Shown here: piece after piece, positions 1 to 9,977 of the stretch | How the letters are laid out: every line of letters starts with the position of its first letter | Position numbering within the stretch: position 1 is the stretch's first letter | Source: an uncultured bacterium | GTDB taxonomy: Bacteria; Cyanobacteriota; Cyanobacteriia; Cyanobacteriales; Xenococcaceae | Length of the DNA: 50,131 bases | Assembly (NCBI GenBank): GCA_964606015.1 | Contig: CAZSEZ010000001.1 | Coordinates: 1 to 50,131, forward strand | Direction: 5' to 3' | Position numbers and translations under genes: made by a program | Notes under the pieces: generated by a model | What the model saw: only the letters and a program-made list of their open reading frames with translations | Database searches by the model: none | What the model was told of the DNA's origin: nothing

Positions 1-98
1 AGTAGTAATCTTTGATTTACTTAACCTTTAGACGTCCAGAAAAGATCGAAGAGAGAAAGATTTAGGCATTGCCATTTTTCTTACTCCTTCAACTCATG

Positions 99-1094
99 CT
101 ACTGATCGTGCCTTTTTTGATGCCATTGCCAAGCATCACTAATGATTTTTTTGAGGTCAGCATACTGAGGATCCCAGCCCAAGATCTTACGGGCTTTCGC
201 GGCACTCCCCACCAATATAGGAGCATCCCCAGCACGACGGTCACTTTCTTCAGCAGGAATCGGTAAACCAGTTACTTCTCTGGCAGTTTCAATTACTTCT
301 CGAACCGAAAAGCCATTCCCATTACCTAAGTTAAATATTTCTGAGTTTCCGCCTTTCAGTAAATATTCAAGTCCTAAAACGTGGGCAGAAGCAAGATCGC
401 TTACATGGATATAATCTCTAACAGCAGTCCCATCAGGAGTATCGTAATCTGTGCCAAAAATGAAGAGCTTTTCCCTTTTACCCAAAGCAGTCAGTAACGC
501 TAAAGGAATCAAATGAGTTTCCGGATTGTGGTCTTCTCCTAAGTCCCCACTAGAATCAGCACCAGAAGCATTAAAATAGCGAAACGCAACAGATTTTAGA
601 TCAAATGCAGTGTCGAAATCGGCTAAAATTCGCTCGACCATATCTTTGCTAGCGGCATAGGGACTCAAAGGATCGTGAGGATGAGCCTCAGTCATGGGAA
701 TCTCTTTGGGCATTCCATAGACAGCACAGGTGGAGGAAAAAACAAATTTGTTAATTCCTGCTGCGAGCATAGCTTCGAGCAAATTCAAGGTACTCGCAAC
801 ATTATTATTGTAATACATACCAGGCTTTTGAACCGACTCACCTACAGCGATATAGGCAGCAAAGTGCATCACCGCAGCAATATCATGAGTAGCAAAGAGC
901 TTATCTAACAACTCGCGATCGCTAGTATCACCTATAACCAGCTCCACTTTGACAACATTCTCGATAATTTCACGATGACCGTAAGCCAAATTGTCCAGTA
1001 CAACTACTCCGTAACCTGCTCGCTTAAGAGCCAAAGCTGCATGAGAGCCAATGTAGCCAGCACCACCAGTAACTAAAATCGTTGGTTTAGACAC
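99..1094 (-). CDS. galE: UDP-glucose 4-epimerase
   Basis: N-terminal TGGAGYIGSH Rossmann motif, HFAA..VGES, FSSTCAVYG, YAASK catalytic YxxxK, RYFNASGA, DGTAVRDYIHV; GTG start. Confidence 0.96.
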   Translation of the reverse strand: MSKPTILVTGGAGYIGSHAALALKRAGYGVVVLDNLAYGHREIIENVVKVELVIGDTSDRELLDKLFATHDIAAVMHFAAYIAVGESVQKPGMYYNNNVASTLNLLEAMLAAGINKFVFSSTCAVYGMPKEIPMTEAHPHDPLSPYAASKDMVERILADFDTAFDLKSVAFRYFNASGADSSGDLGEDHNPETHLIPLALLTALGKREKLFIFGTDYDTPDGTAVRDYIHVSDLASAHVLGLEYLLKGGNSEIFNLGNGNGFSVREVIETAREVTGLPIPAEESDRRAGDAPILVGSAAKARKILGWDPQYADLKKIISDAWQWHQKRHDQ

Positions 1095-1123
1095 CCAGAA
1101 AACCTCTTATGATTTACATCGTT

Positions 1124-2107
1124 TTAATACAAACGACTCAGATTATAGTCGGTAAGTTTGAATAAGGCTCTAGCAGATTCACAACTGGGTAAACAATCAA
1201 GATTTTTCTGGGCTTGTACCGTATATTTTGCAGCTAATTCACGACTACGGCTTATGGCCTCTCCATTCTGGACAATCGCAATTGCTTCTTCTAGATCTCC
1301 AGATTCTTTGAACTCGCGATCAATCAGCACTTGAAGATGGGGTTTTTCTTCCATCGCGTAGAGCACTGGAGCCGTAATATTGCCATCTGCTAAATCTGAA
1401 CCGGCAGGCTTACCTAGTACTTCTGTGGAGCTAGTAAAGTCCAAAATATCATCAACAATCTGAAAAGCCAAACCAAGATTTCGCCCATACTGGTATAAAT
1501 TCTCGGCAGTGCTTTCATCCACTCCACTCAGAACACCTGAAGCTTTAGCGCTGTTAGCTATCAAAGATGCCGTTTTAAAGTAGCTTTTGTTGAGATAAGT
1601 TTCTATAGAAACATCTGTATCAAAACAACTCAAGCTTTGAAGAATTTCTCCCTCTGCAAAATCGCGGATCACCTCAGACAAAAGTTTAACTACTTGTAAA
1701 TTGTCTAAATTAGCTAAATACCAAGAAGACTGAGCGAACAAAAAATCCCCTGCCAAGACAGCAATGCGATTATCAAACAGGCTATTCACAGTAGGCACAC
1801 TGCGACGTACATTTGCCTCATCTACAACATCATCGTGGACTAAGCTAGCAGTATGGATCATTTCCGTAATTTCTGCCAATCTCCGATGACGAGGAGTGAT
1901 ATCACTGCCATTGCTCTGGTTGACCGTGGTAGCTCTGGCTACGAGTAAAACAATTGCAGGCCTGATTCTTTTGCCTCCAGCATCAAATAAGTGTTCTGCT
2001 GCTGCTCTGAGAATCGGGTGGCGAGCACCTACTAATTGCTTGAGATTTTCTGTCAGAATGTGCAAGTCGTCATCGACAGGCGCTAATAGGGAGCTGGTAG
2101 TTATCAT
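1124..2107 (-). CDS. sds: Solanesyl diphosphate synthase (trans-prenyltransferase)
   Basis: GGKRIRP, HTASLVHDDVVD (FARM) and AFQIVDDILD (SARM) motifs; usual cyanobacterial amiC-murI-sds order. Confidence 0.92.
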   Translation of the reverse strand: MITTSSLLAPVDDDLHILTENLKQLVGARHPILRAAAEHLFDAGGKRIRPAIVLLVARATTVNQSNGSDITPRHRRLAEITEMIHTASLVHDDVVDEANVRRSVPTVNSLFDNRIAVLAGDFLFAQSSWYLANLDNLQVVKLLSEVIRDFAEGEILQSLSCFDTDVSIETYLNKSYFKTASLIANSAKASGVLSGVDESTAENLYQYGRNLGLAFQIVDDILDFTSSTEVLGKPAGSDLADGNITAPVLYAMEEKPHLQVLIDREFKESGDLEEAIAIVQNGEAISRSRELAAKYTVQAQKNLDCLPSCESARALFKLTDYNLSRLY

Positions 2108-2783
2108 TGTTAAGCCAAACTTGGCAACTAATTAGATTAAGAAAGATTACATATTATTGTACTTATTTTAAGCTAACCTCACCTAAGAGCAAAATTTTCT
2201 ACGTACAGTTTTGAGCTAAACCCCTTTAATTTCTAAGTATTGAGGGCAAAAAAATACTTTTATATGCTATTATTCTCGTAAGCATTTCTAAAAATTAAAT
2301 AATCAAGCTCAGCTCGGGATGCGTGGTGAGTACTTCAACTATTTGTAGTGCATCTCCACCAGGTTAACCCAGATGTTTAATTTGAGGTTTCAAAAGAATC
2401 CCTAACTTGGGTTTGGCAGAAGATTGAATAGTGTGCCAACATAAGCGGCAAGTTCCCCAATGAGTAAATTGGCTAGGTACAAGAGCTTTTTTAGCTAATC
2501 CTAGTGAAACATTAGGGATTTGTTATTGCTTGAATTTTATGGTGTGAGAGACAGCATAACTCCAAGTTATTGGAGTTCAGCTGTTCGGTGTTTGGCTGCG
2601 AACAAGAAAATCGTGATTCGTGGGGAGTTAGTCATCTAGGATCAATCGTGGGCTAGGTGCTCACAGTTTTATTACAGAGATATTTTGATTTAAATATCTT
2701 TCGATGTAACCGAAATCTAAGCAGTAGTTGTTTAGTTTCTTTAAAAATAACTTGCTCAATCTCACTCAAAATATCGAATAATC

Positions 2784-2888
2784 ATGGAATTTGGAATTAA
2801 CACTGTATTTATTCCCCTGCTTGCTGCTGTCTACTTATTAATGGTGTACACTATGCTACGAGTAGCAGAAATGCAGGAAAGAAAATAG
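2784..2888 (+). CDS. Putative 34-aa single-TM small protein (MEFGINTVFIPLLAAVYLLMVYTMLRVAEMQERK)
   Basis: Translated by hand from ATG 2784 to TAG 2888; roughly 19-residue hydrophobic stretch then charged tail; below ORF-track cut-off; no clear Shine-Dalgarno. Confidence 0.45.
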   Translation: MEFGINTVFIPLLAAVYLLMVYTMLRVAEMQERK

Positions 2889-3179
2889 TTTTAATCATTT
2901 CCTTACTAGCCAAATTGATAAGTAAAAACTTAAGGTAATAAGTAACAGATTAAACTAGATGCTAGTGACGATCACTCATCATTTATAGTATGAGCCGATG
3001 ACATTCCCTGCAATTAGAAAAATTGAGTCAGATACTAATTACAGTATGATTCAGTTAGTTATAATGTAGAAATCTCTAGCATTAGATATCATACTTACCT
3101 ATTACCTAAGCCTCTACCTTTAAGGGAAGACTTTCCGAATAATACTCTCTATAAAAATGATAAAAGTGCTAGTTATAAA

Positions 3180-4022
3180 CTAGGTAATACTATCTAAGCT
3201 ATTAGTTATCTCTGAGGTCAAAGCTTCAGACATGGGGACTTGTTCAACCAAAGGTAAATATCCTAGCCATTTCTGAGAAAGCTGAGCGAACTGGTGTGGG
3301 CAACCACTGACATAAAAACGAGTCATGGTCGAAACGCCATCATTTCTTAAACCCATTAGTTCTAGTTCCTGGTTAGCTGCTTTAGCAATTGATTCGGCCG
3401 GATCAATGACCTTTACTGAACGTGGCAGAATATCAAGAAAAACTTTTTCCAAATGACGATAGTGAGTACAGCCATAAATCAAAGTATCGATTTTCTGCTC
3501 TATCAAAGGCAGTAAATACTCACGAGCTACCTGCTTAGTGTAAAGAGTATCAATCAAATCCTGCTCAATCAAAGGGACAAACTCAGGGCAACCAACTTGC
3601 CATACCTGAACGTTGGGATCTATCTCTGCGATCGCTCTTTGATAAGCGTTACTTTTGGCTGTAGCAGAAGTAGAAATTACTCCAATTCTTCTACCTTTGT
3701 TAACCGCAGCCCTAGCCCCTGGCAGAATCAAACCCAAAATGGGTATGTCGTACTCTTCTCGAACCGCCTCTAAGGCAAGTGCAGAGCTAGTATTACAGGC
3801 CATTATCACCATCTTGACTTTCTGGGTTAACATCCAGTCAATAATCTGACGTACATAGTGCAAAATTTCTGCTGGAGATTTAGTACCGTAAGGAAGCCGA
3901 GCCGTATCCCCAAAATAGAGTAAAGACTCTTGAGGCATTAGCCGATTGAGCTGCCGAAGTACTGTTAAACCACCCACACCACTATCAAATAAACCAATCC
4001 GAAAATTCGCGTTTTCTTCCAT
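3180..4022 (-). CDS. murI: Glutamate racemase
   Basis: IGLFDSGVGGLTV, PYGTKS, catalytic ACNT and GCTH motifs. Confidence 0.97.
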   Translation of the reverse strand: MEENANFRIGLFDSGVGGLTVLRQLNRLMPQESLLYFGDTARLPYGTKSPAEILHYVRQIIDWMLTQKVKMVIMACNTSSALALEAVREEYDIPILGLILPGARAAVNKGRRIGVISTSATAKSNAYQRAIAEIDPNVQVWQVGCPEFVPLIEQDLIDTLYTKQVAREYLLPLIEQKIDTLIYGCTHYRHLEKVFLDILPRSVKVIDPAESIAKAANQELELMGLRNDGVSTMTRFYVSGCPHQFAQLSQKWLGYLPLVEQVPMSEALTSEITNSLDSIT

Positions 4023-4139
4023 TAACGTTCCAGCAGTTGCTTTTTATCTTCAGTTATCTCACATATGAATGAAATATTGGGTTATATCCTAGAAATATTT
4101 TAAGTATTGCTACTCATTTTACAATCAAGATTTTTATAA

Positions 4140-5996
4140 TCAAGGTCTATTTTCTCTGAGGTATTGGATAATACCATTGGCGATCGCTTTTGCCATACGA
4201 CGTCGATGATTAGGATCTTTAAGACGCCGAGAGTCTTCTGCACCGGTCACAAACCCTACTTCTACTAAAACAGCCGGCATTTTAGAGTGTCTTAACACAA
4301 AAAATCTGGCTTGACGAACTTTGCGATCGCGAATATTAACTGTATTTAAAACATTAGAGTGGATTACCTCTGCCAAACGACGTCCACTTCTAAAATAATA
4401 AGTTTCTAAACCATTAACTTCAGGGCGCGAGAGGTTGATTGCATTGGCATGAATTGAAACAAACAAATCCCCATCAAGTTCATTGGCAAAATCAGTTCTG
4501 CCTTGTAAGCTGACAAAATCATCGCGCTCTCTCGTAAGTCGTACGTCGATATTCTGCTTCCTGAGTTCTTCCGCTACATCCATTGAAATGGGAAAGTTGA
4601 CATCTTTTTCCTGAAGTCCCCCAATTCCAATAGCACCTGGGTCTCTTCCACCATGTCCTGGGTCGATAATTACCAAAGGACGATTTTTAGCTGATACAGG
4701 AGGAGGAGTTGCCGCAATCGCGGCACCACGAGGGTTGATAATGGGTAAAGCGACTAGACTAGAACCTTGCTGAATATTCCCTAGACGGACTCCTAATCTA
4801 GTCGTAATACGTAAAACTACTGCGGTGTCAGTTTCTCTTATTTTTAACTCAGTAATTGGACTACCAGCCTTAAGCTCTGGCCCGACAAAGGGCTCGCCCA
4901 GCTTGGCACGATCTAGAATAACTTCATAAGTCCCCCTACCAACAAATCTACTACGAGCATTAATCCGACCATTACTGCGAATGGCTAACTTACTGGAGTT
5001 ATCCGTTAGAGCGATCGCCCTAATTTCAGCTGCGATAGTTCTAGCCGTATCAGCTACTGGCTTTCTCTCAGGTTTTTTGCTTGCTTCTGGTTTATTGACT
5101 CTACTTACTGTTGGATTTGGTCGGGTCTTACTCACCACTGTAAGAGGGCCAGCAGGGACAAGAATAAAACCTTTGATCCGGCTGAAGGTTCCCCGCCAGC
5201 CTTTACTCCCTGCTTCTACTTGAAGAGTAATCTTGGCTGTATCAGAATTGGGCTGGGCAAAAGAAATTGTCTTGACCCCACGATCTCGGACTTCCACCGT
5301 CCGAGAAACCAAATCTTGAGGAAAAGTAACTCCCTGCAACTCCAACTCGATAGTATCGCCTCGGCGAGTAGAAGATACTTGATTACTACGATTTCCAGGA
5401 ATATCTAGAAAATATCCGTGACTAGTACTTTTGACATAAGGAGATTTAATCTTGCTTAAGCCGGTGCGTTCTACATTAGGGTGAGGATTACTTCTAGGCT
5501 TTTCAGGCACAGAAGGAGCAACAAGGCTGTTAGGCGGAGCAGGTAAACGATTTAGTATTTCTGCCTTTTTGCTCGTCCTTGTGGAAGGGGGCAAAGTGCC
5601 AATCTTAGGACTTGGCAGCTCCACTGTCCAATTAGTACTAGAAGAACCACGAAAGCGGACTTGTTGCGGGTCAATACTGTAGCCTGGAGCGAGTTCAATG
5701 ACCAAATTGACCTTATCTTCAGTAGACTGACCAATTCGAAAACCTCTAATGGCCCCCAAGTAGGTTTCTTTGACGGTTGGTTGCTCTAGAGTAGTTCCTG
5801 GTAATTCGATAACCAAACGTGTCGGATTAGAGATCAATTTAGCTTCTGGCTGTACCCCTTCATCAGTTACAAAGACCAAACGACTTTTATCCTTATCAAA
5901 TTTCCAAGACAAAAGCTGACCTGCATTTGCAGGAGAGTCAAAAATCAGGATACTCAGAGTACTCAAGATACCCAGTAACAGCCAGCGTAATTTCAC
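4140..5996 (-). CDS. amiC: N-acetylmuramoyl-L-alanine amidase AmiC-type (signal peptide, AMIN domains, Amidase_3)
   Basis: IDPGHGG, SIHAN and LVEVGF Zn-amidase motifs; AMIN-like PTRLVIELPG. Start reassigned to GTG 5996 because AGGAG lies 9 nt upstream and a signal peptide follows (ORF track starts at 6044). Confidence 0.92.
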   Translation of the reverse strand: MKLRWLLLGILSTLSILIFDSPANAGQLLSWKFDKDKSRLVFVTDEGVQPEAKLISNPTRLVIELPGTTLEQPTVKETYLGAIRGFRIGQSTEDKVNLVIELAPGYSIDPQQVRFRGSSSTNWTVELPSPKIGTLPPSTRTSKKAEILNRLPAPPNSLVAPSVPEKPRSNPHPNVERTGLSKIKSPYVKSTSHGYFLDIPGNRSNQVSSTRRGDTIELELQGVTFPQDLVSRTVEVRDRGVKTISFAQPNSDTAKITLQVEAGSKGWRGTFSRIKGFILVPAGPLTVVSKTRPNPTVSRVNKPEASKKPERKPVADTARTIAAEIRAIALTDNSSKLAIRSNGRINARSRFVGRGTYEVILDRAKLGEPFVGPELKAGSPITELKIRETDTAVVLRITTRLGVRLGNIQQGSSLVALPIINPRGAAIAATPPPVSAKNRPLVIIDPGHGGRDPGAIGIGGLQEKDVNFPISMDVAEELRKQNIDVRLTRERDDFVSLQGRTDFANELDGDLFVSIHANAINLSRPEVNGLETYYFRSGRRLAEVIHSNVLNTVNIRDRKVRQARFFVLRHSKMPAVLVEVGFVTGAEDSRRLKDPNHRRRMAKAIANGIIQYLRENRP

Positions 5997-6004
5997 AGTT
6001 GATA

Positions 6005-6013
6005 ACTCCTCAC
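6005..6013 (-). promoter_or_regulatory. Putative Yfr1 sRNA target site overlapping the amiC Shine-Dalgarno
   Basis: mRNA reads GUGAGGAGU, complementary to 9 of the 11 nt of the conserved Yfr1 motif ACUCCUCACAC. Confidence 0.6.
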
Positions 6014-6448
6014 CGATGTGTGAAAGATATAGGGATGTTGACAAGAACTAGGATCATGCCTCACAAACCTAGTAACGAATAGAAAAATAAAGCGTAAATT
6101 TAAAGATCGAATATAACTCAAAATTTTCTTAATCTCAGGAAATAGGGACGAATACTTGCCGTTACAGGTTTCCCTGGTTTACTCAACCCATTACTAAACC
6201 AGTAGCAATCTCTAGCTAAAACTAAATCCGTAAGCTCGCACGAACAGAAGCTCTGATTGTGCTTTAGATTATGTTGGGTAAATTTTATTTTTGTCCACTT
6301 CACGCATTTAAAGTTAACCGAATTTAGACTTCATCAGTAAGACAAATGTTGGCTTCAGAGACCATTTTGGGAATTCTATAAATTGTTAGTTCGATTTCTG
6401 CATATTCAGTAGATTGCCTTTTTAGAGATACCTAAAGATTTTAGAGCC

Positions 6449-7222
6449 ATGAATCTGATTCGAGTTTTTACAATCGCCAAAAATAGTTTTCAAGAAACGA
6501 TCAGAGACCGCATTCTTTACTTTGTCGGTTTTTTCTCTCTGCTATTGATCTTGGCACAACGAATTATTCCCGAAATTGCTGCGGGTACCCACGAAAAAAT
6601 TCTTCTTGATTTTGGCATTGGTGCAATCGCTATTTTATCGGTAGTGGTAGCTATTTTTGTTGGTACAGCTACGATTAATAAAGAGATTGAAAAACGCACT
6701 CTCTTAATGCTGATTCCCAAACCTATCAGCCGAGCCGAATTGATTGTGGGCAAGCATTTAGGCCTTTGGGCAGTATTGGTTTTAACTATTGCGATTATGA
6801 TGGCAATCTATTTAGGAATGCTCTCTTTTTCGGGAATTGAATATCCTACAGGTGCCCTATTAGTAGCTGCGTTATACCTCTTGCTCGAATTGGCACTAAT
6901 TATCGCAGTAGCTTTGGCTTTTGGTGTTTTTACCAGTTCAATTTTAGCCACCTTGCTAAGCTTTGGAGTTTACCTTATGGGACACTTCAGCCAGGACTTG
7001 GTAGAGCTTGGCAAACTCAGCGAAAATCCCAGCATCGAAAAACTCACCACTAGCCTCTATTTAGTATTGCCAGATTTATCCCGTCTCAATCTAAAGAATG
7101 ATGCGGTATATGGTTTATTACCTAGCAATGGAGAACTATTAGCTCACGCTGCTTACGGTATTCTTTACACCACCTTATTGCTAGTAGCAGCGATCGCTGT
7201 ATTCGCTCAAAAAGAGTTTTAA
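6449..7222 (+). CDS. ABC-2 type transporter permease (NosY-like family)
   Basis: Six hydrophobic segments and EIEKRTL..LIPKPISRAELIVGK motif; no ATPase gene adjacent. Confidence 0.82.
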   Translation: MNLIRVFTIAKNSFQETIRDRILYFVGFFSLLLILAQRIIPEIAAGTHEKILLDFGIGAIAILSVVVAIFVGTATINKEIEKRTLLMLIPKPISRAELIVGKHLGLWAVLVLTIAIMMAIYLGMLSFSGIEYPTGALLVAALYLLLELALIIAVALAFGVFTSSILATLLSFGVYLMGHFSQDLVELGKLSENPSIEKLTTSLYLVLPDLSRLNLKNDAVYGLLPSNGELLAHAAYGILYTTLLLVAAIAVFAQKEF

Positions 7223-7366
7223 AATAGCGCCTCAGGTTTCTAGATGAATTTACGATGAAATTTCACAATCCATAGTGTAAATTCGCTAATCCCTGGTTAA
7301 CATAGGTATTGACACCGAAATTTAAAGTTAGTTTGGTTTTGAGCTTAAATCGAGCCAGTTTTTTAT

Positions 7367-8605
7367 ATGATTCAAACTGGATTAACCCTACACCGGAAGA
7401 AAAGTATAGTTGTACCGTCAGAGTTCTGTCTGTTGATCGTCTCTAGAAGTGATGATTATCAGGAGCAAGTATGTCAGGTAGTAAGAGGGTTATCGATTAA
7501 GTCAGATTGCACTGTAACCTTGCCTCAAAATGCGGAGCAGGCATTGCTGGAACGACAGTACGATCTCATTCTTTACCACTACCACCCAGAAGAAACTAGT
7601 AGTCGAAAATTTGACGATAAGTACCCGTTACCAGAACTTGCCTGGTGGTACGAAACCCAAAAGCAGGTTCCCTTGATTTTGATTAGTCAACCCTTGGGTG
7701 AACAAGCAGCACTTGCAACAATCAGATCTGGTGTAGTCGATTGCATTCCAGAAGTCCAGCTAAATCTATTACCCCAAGCAATCGATAGGGTAATGGCAAC
7801 TTATTTGCGCGAAACCGCGCCAGATCTCCAGCAATTGATTCAAGAGATCACACTTTTGCGAGAACAAGTAGTAGCTCTTCAACAGGAAAATACAAATTTA
7901 CGAGAGCAAGATACAAACGACAACGGTAGCCAGGAATATCTTTCTCATCTAAGCCATGAACTTAGAAGTCCCCTAGCTAACATTTTGCAATTTGCCAAAA
8001 TTCTCCAAGCTCAGCACTTTGGCTCTCTCAATAATAAGCAAGCGGAGTATATTAAGGGTGTAATCACTTGCAGCAATCATTTGTTTGAGCTGATTAACGA
8101 TTATCTTGATATTGCCAAGATAGACGCCAATCACGAAGAACTATTTTTAGAGCAAATTGTTGTCGAAGATATTTGCAACGCAGCTATGGTAATGTTGCAA
8201 GGCAAAGCTAAAGAAAAAGAACTCCAATTCAGTTTAACCATCGGAGAATCAGTAGATTTTTGCCACGCTGACCAACTACGACTAAAACAAGTTTTAATTA
8301 ATCTTTTATCTAATGCTATCAAGTTTACTGAAGAAGGCTCAGTAACGCTCAAAGTAGAGGTCAAGGCAGAATGGTTAGTTTTCTCTGTAGTGGATACAGG
8401 AATTGGAATTTGCGAAGCAGATTCTCATAAGTTGTTCCAGCCGTTCCAACAGCTAAAAACCCCAATGAATCGAAAACATAAAGGTACCGGTTTAGGTTTA
8501 GCCCTATCTCGTAAATTGGCTCAGCTACATGGGGGAGATATTACGCTAACGTCGGAAGTTGGCAAAGGTAGCTGTTTTGCACTGACTCTACCTCTCCATA
8601 CGTAA
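7367..8605 (+). CDS. Sensor histidine kinase with degenerate N-terminal receiver-like domain
   Basis: H-box SHELRSPL, N-box NLLSNAIKF, DTGIGI, GTGLGL; N-terminal REC-like pattern plus coiled coil. Confidence 0.9.
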   Translation: MIQTGLTLHRKKSIVVPSEFCLLIVSRSDDYQEQVCQVVRGLSIKSDCTVTLPQNAEQALLERQYDLILYHYHPEETSSRKFDDKYPLPELAWWYETQKQVPLILISQPLGEQAALATIRSGVVDCIPEVQLNLLPQAIDRVMATYLRETAPDLQQLIQEITLLREQVVALQQENTNLREQDTNDNGSQEYLSHLSHELRSPLANILQFAKILQAQHFGSLNNKQAEYIKGVITCSNHLFELINDYLDIAKIDANHEELFLEQIVVEDICNAAMVMLQGKAKEKELQFSLTIGESVDFCHADQLRLKQVLINLLSNAIKFTEEGSVTLKVEVKAEWLVFSVVDTGIGICEADSHKLFQPFQQLKTPMNRKHKGTGLGLALSRKLAQLHGGDITLTSEVGKGSCFALTLPLHT

Positions 8606-8639
8606 TTGTGCAGCATGATTTTTAAATTCAAAACTGAGC

Positions 8640-9467
8640 ATGAGTGATTCGATCATCGAAACAAAACTAGCTAAATTAAAAGAAATTTTTACCCAGATGG
8701 ATCGGGCTTTGATTGCCTATTCAGGAGGTGTAGACAGCACCTTAGTAGCCAAAGTAGCTTATGATGTTTTAGGCGATCGCGCTTTGGCGATCACAGCAAA
8801 TTCTCCCTCTTTGCTACCTGAAGAATTAGCCGATGCAACAACTCAAGCTATCACAATAGGGATTAAGCAGGAGATTGTTACGACCCAAGAAATGGCTAAC
8901 CCTAATTACACATCCAATCCAATCAATCGCTGCTATTTTTGCAAAAGCGAACTCCACGATACGCTCAAGCCTCTGGCACTTGAACTTGGTTATGAATATG
9001 TAGTAGATGGGGTTAATGCAGATGACTTACAAGACTACCGGCCAGGAATTCAAGCAGCACAAGAAAGAGGCGCCCGATCGCCCTTAGCAGAAGTGGGCAT
9101 TAGTAAGCTTGAAGTTAGAGAAATATCACGTCTTTTGGGTTTGACTTGGTGGGATAAACCTGCACAACCGTGCCTAAGTTCTCGCTTTCCCTATGGTGAA
9201 GAAATTACCGTTAGTAAACTCCAGAGAGTAGGTAGAGCTGAAGTATATCTCAAACAACTAGGTTATCAAAACCTGCGAGTACGCTCTCAAGGAGACTTAG
9301 CCAAAATTGAATTACCTCCAGAACAAATCAAACTATTCGTCAGTGAGGTTGATTTACCTGCTCTAGTCACTAGGTTTCAGGAGTTGGGTTTTGTTTATGT
9401 CACTCTTGATCTTGAAGGTTATCGTAGTGGCAAACTCAATCAAGTCCTAGAGTTAGGCAAAACTTAA
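8640..9467 (+). CDS. larE: ATP-dependent sulfur transferase LarE family (PP-loop)
   Basis: SGGVDS PP-loop, RCYFCK, DYRPG, PCLSSRFPYG, NLRVR, GYRSGKLN. Confidence 0.92.
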   Translation: MSDSIIETKLAKLKEIFTQMDRALIAYSGGVDSTLVAKVAYDVLGDRALAITANSPSLLPEELADATTQAITIGIKQEIVTTQEMANPNYTSNPINRCYFCKSELHDTLKPLALELGYEYVVDGVNADDLQDYRPGIQAAQERGARSPLAEVGISKLEVREISRLLGLTWWDKPAQPCLSSRFPYGEEITVSKLQRVGRAEVYLKQLGYQNLRVRSQGDLAKIELPPEQIKLFVSEVDLPALVTRFQELGFVYVTLDLEGYRSGKLNQVLELGKT

Positions 9468-9673
9468 AGTATTAGTTTGATACTCCTAAGGTATTCAAAA
9501 GTATTATCTAAGATATCTATTGATAGCTCATCAGATGATTGCTCATGAACACGAGCTTTCATCAAGTTAATTAACTCTTGACAAGCTTGTAAACTACCAA
9601 TAGAAGCAATTAGACGATTATCAACAAAAATTCCCCAGCGTCCATTTAGTAACTGTTTGGAGTAAAAAAACAT
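9464..9673 (-). CDS. Hypothetical small protein (69 aa)
   Basis: ATG start, fills the gap, 4-nt convergent overlap with larE, protein-like composition (GRWGIFVDNRLIASIG). Confidence 0.55.
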   Translation of the reverse strand: MFFYSKQLLNGRWGIFVDNRLIASIGSLQACQELINLMKARVHEQSSDELSIDILDNTFEYLRSIKLIL

Positions 9674-9977
9674 AGTTGCCGACAGCTTGTCACAATCGAG
9701 TCTAAGCTGTAAGCATTAGACAACAAACTTCAAAGCTTAAATAGGTACCTGAAAATTTGCTGACAAACTAAGTTTTCAAGAGCTTTAGAACTTAAACTAG
9801 GTGCAACAAGTCATAAAATATTTGGTGTCCTATTATACAGAATATCGACTCTCGAAAAATAAGACTTATCCAAAAAACAACTTTATTTTAAAGTAAAGCA
9901 AAAAAGAGATACGATGCTTTAAACAAAGGTTAAGTAGCGTAAATCAAACAGAGCTACAACTGCGAATCGAGAATATC

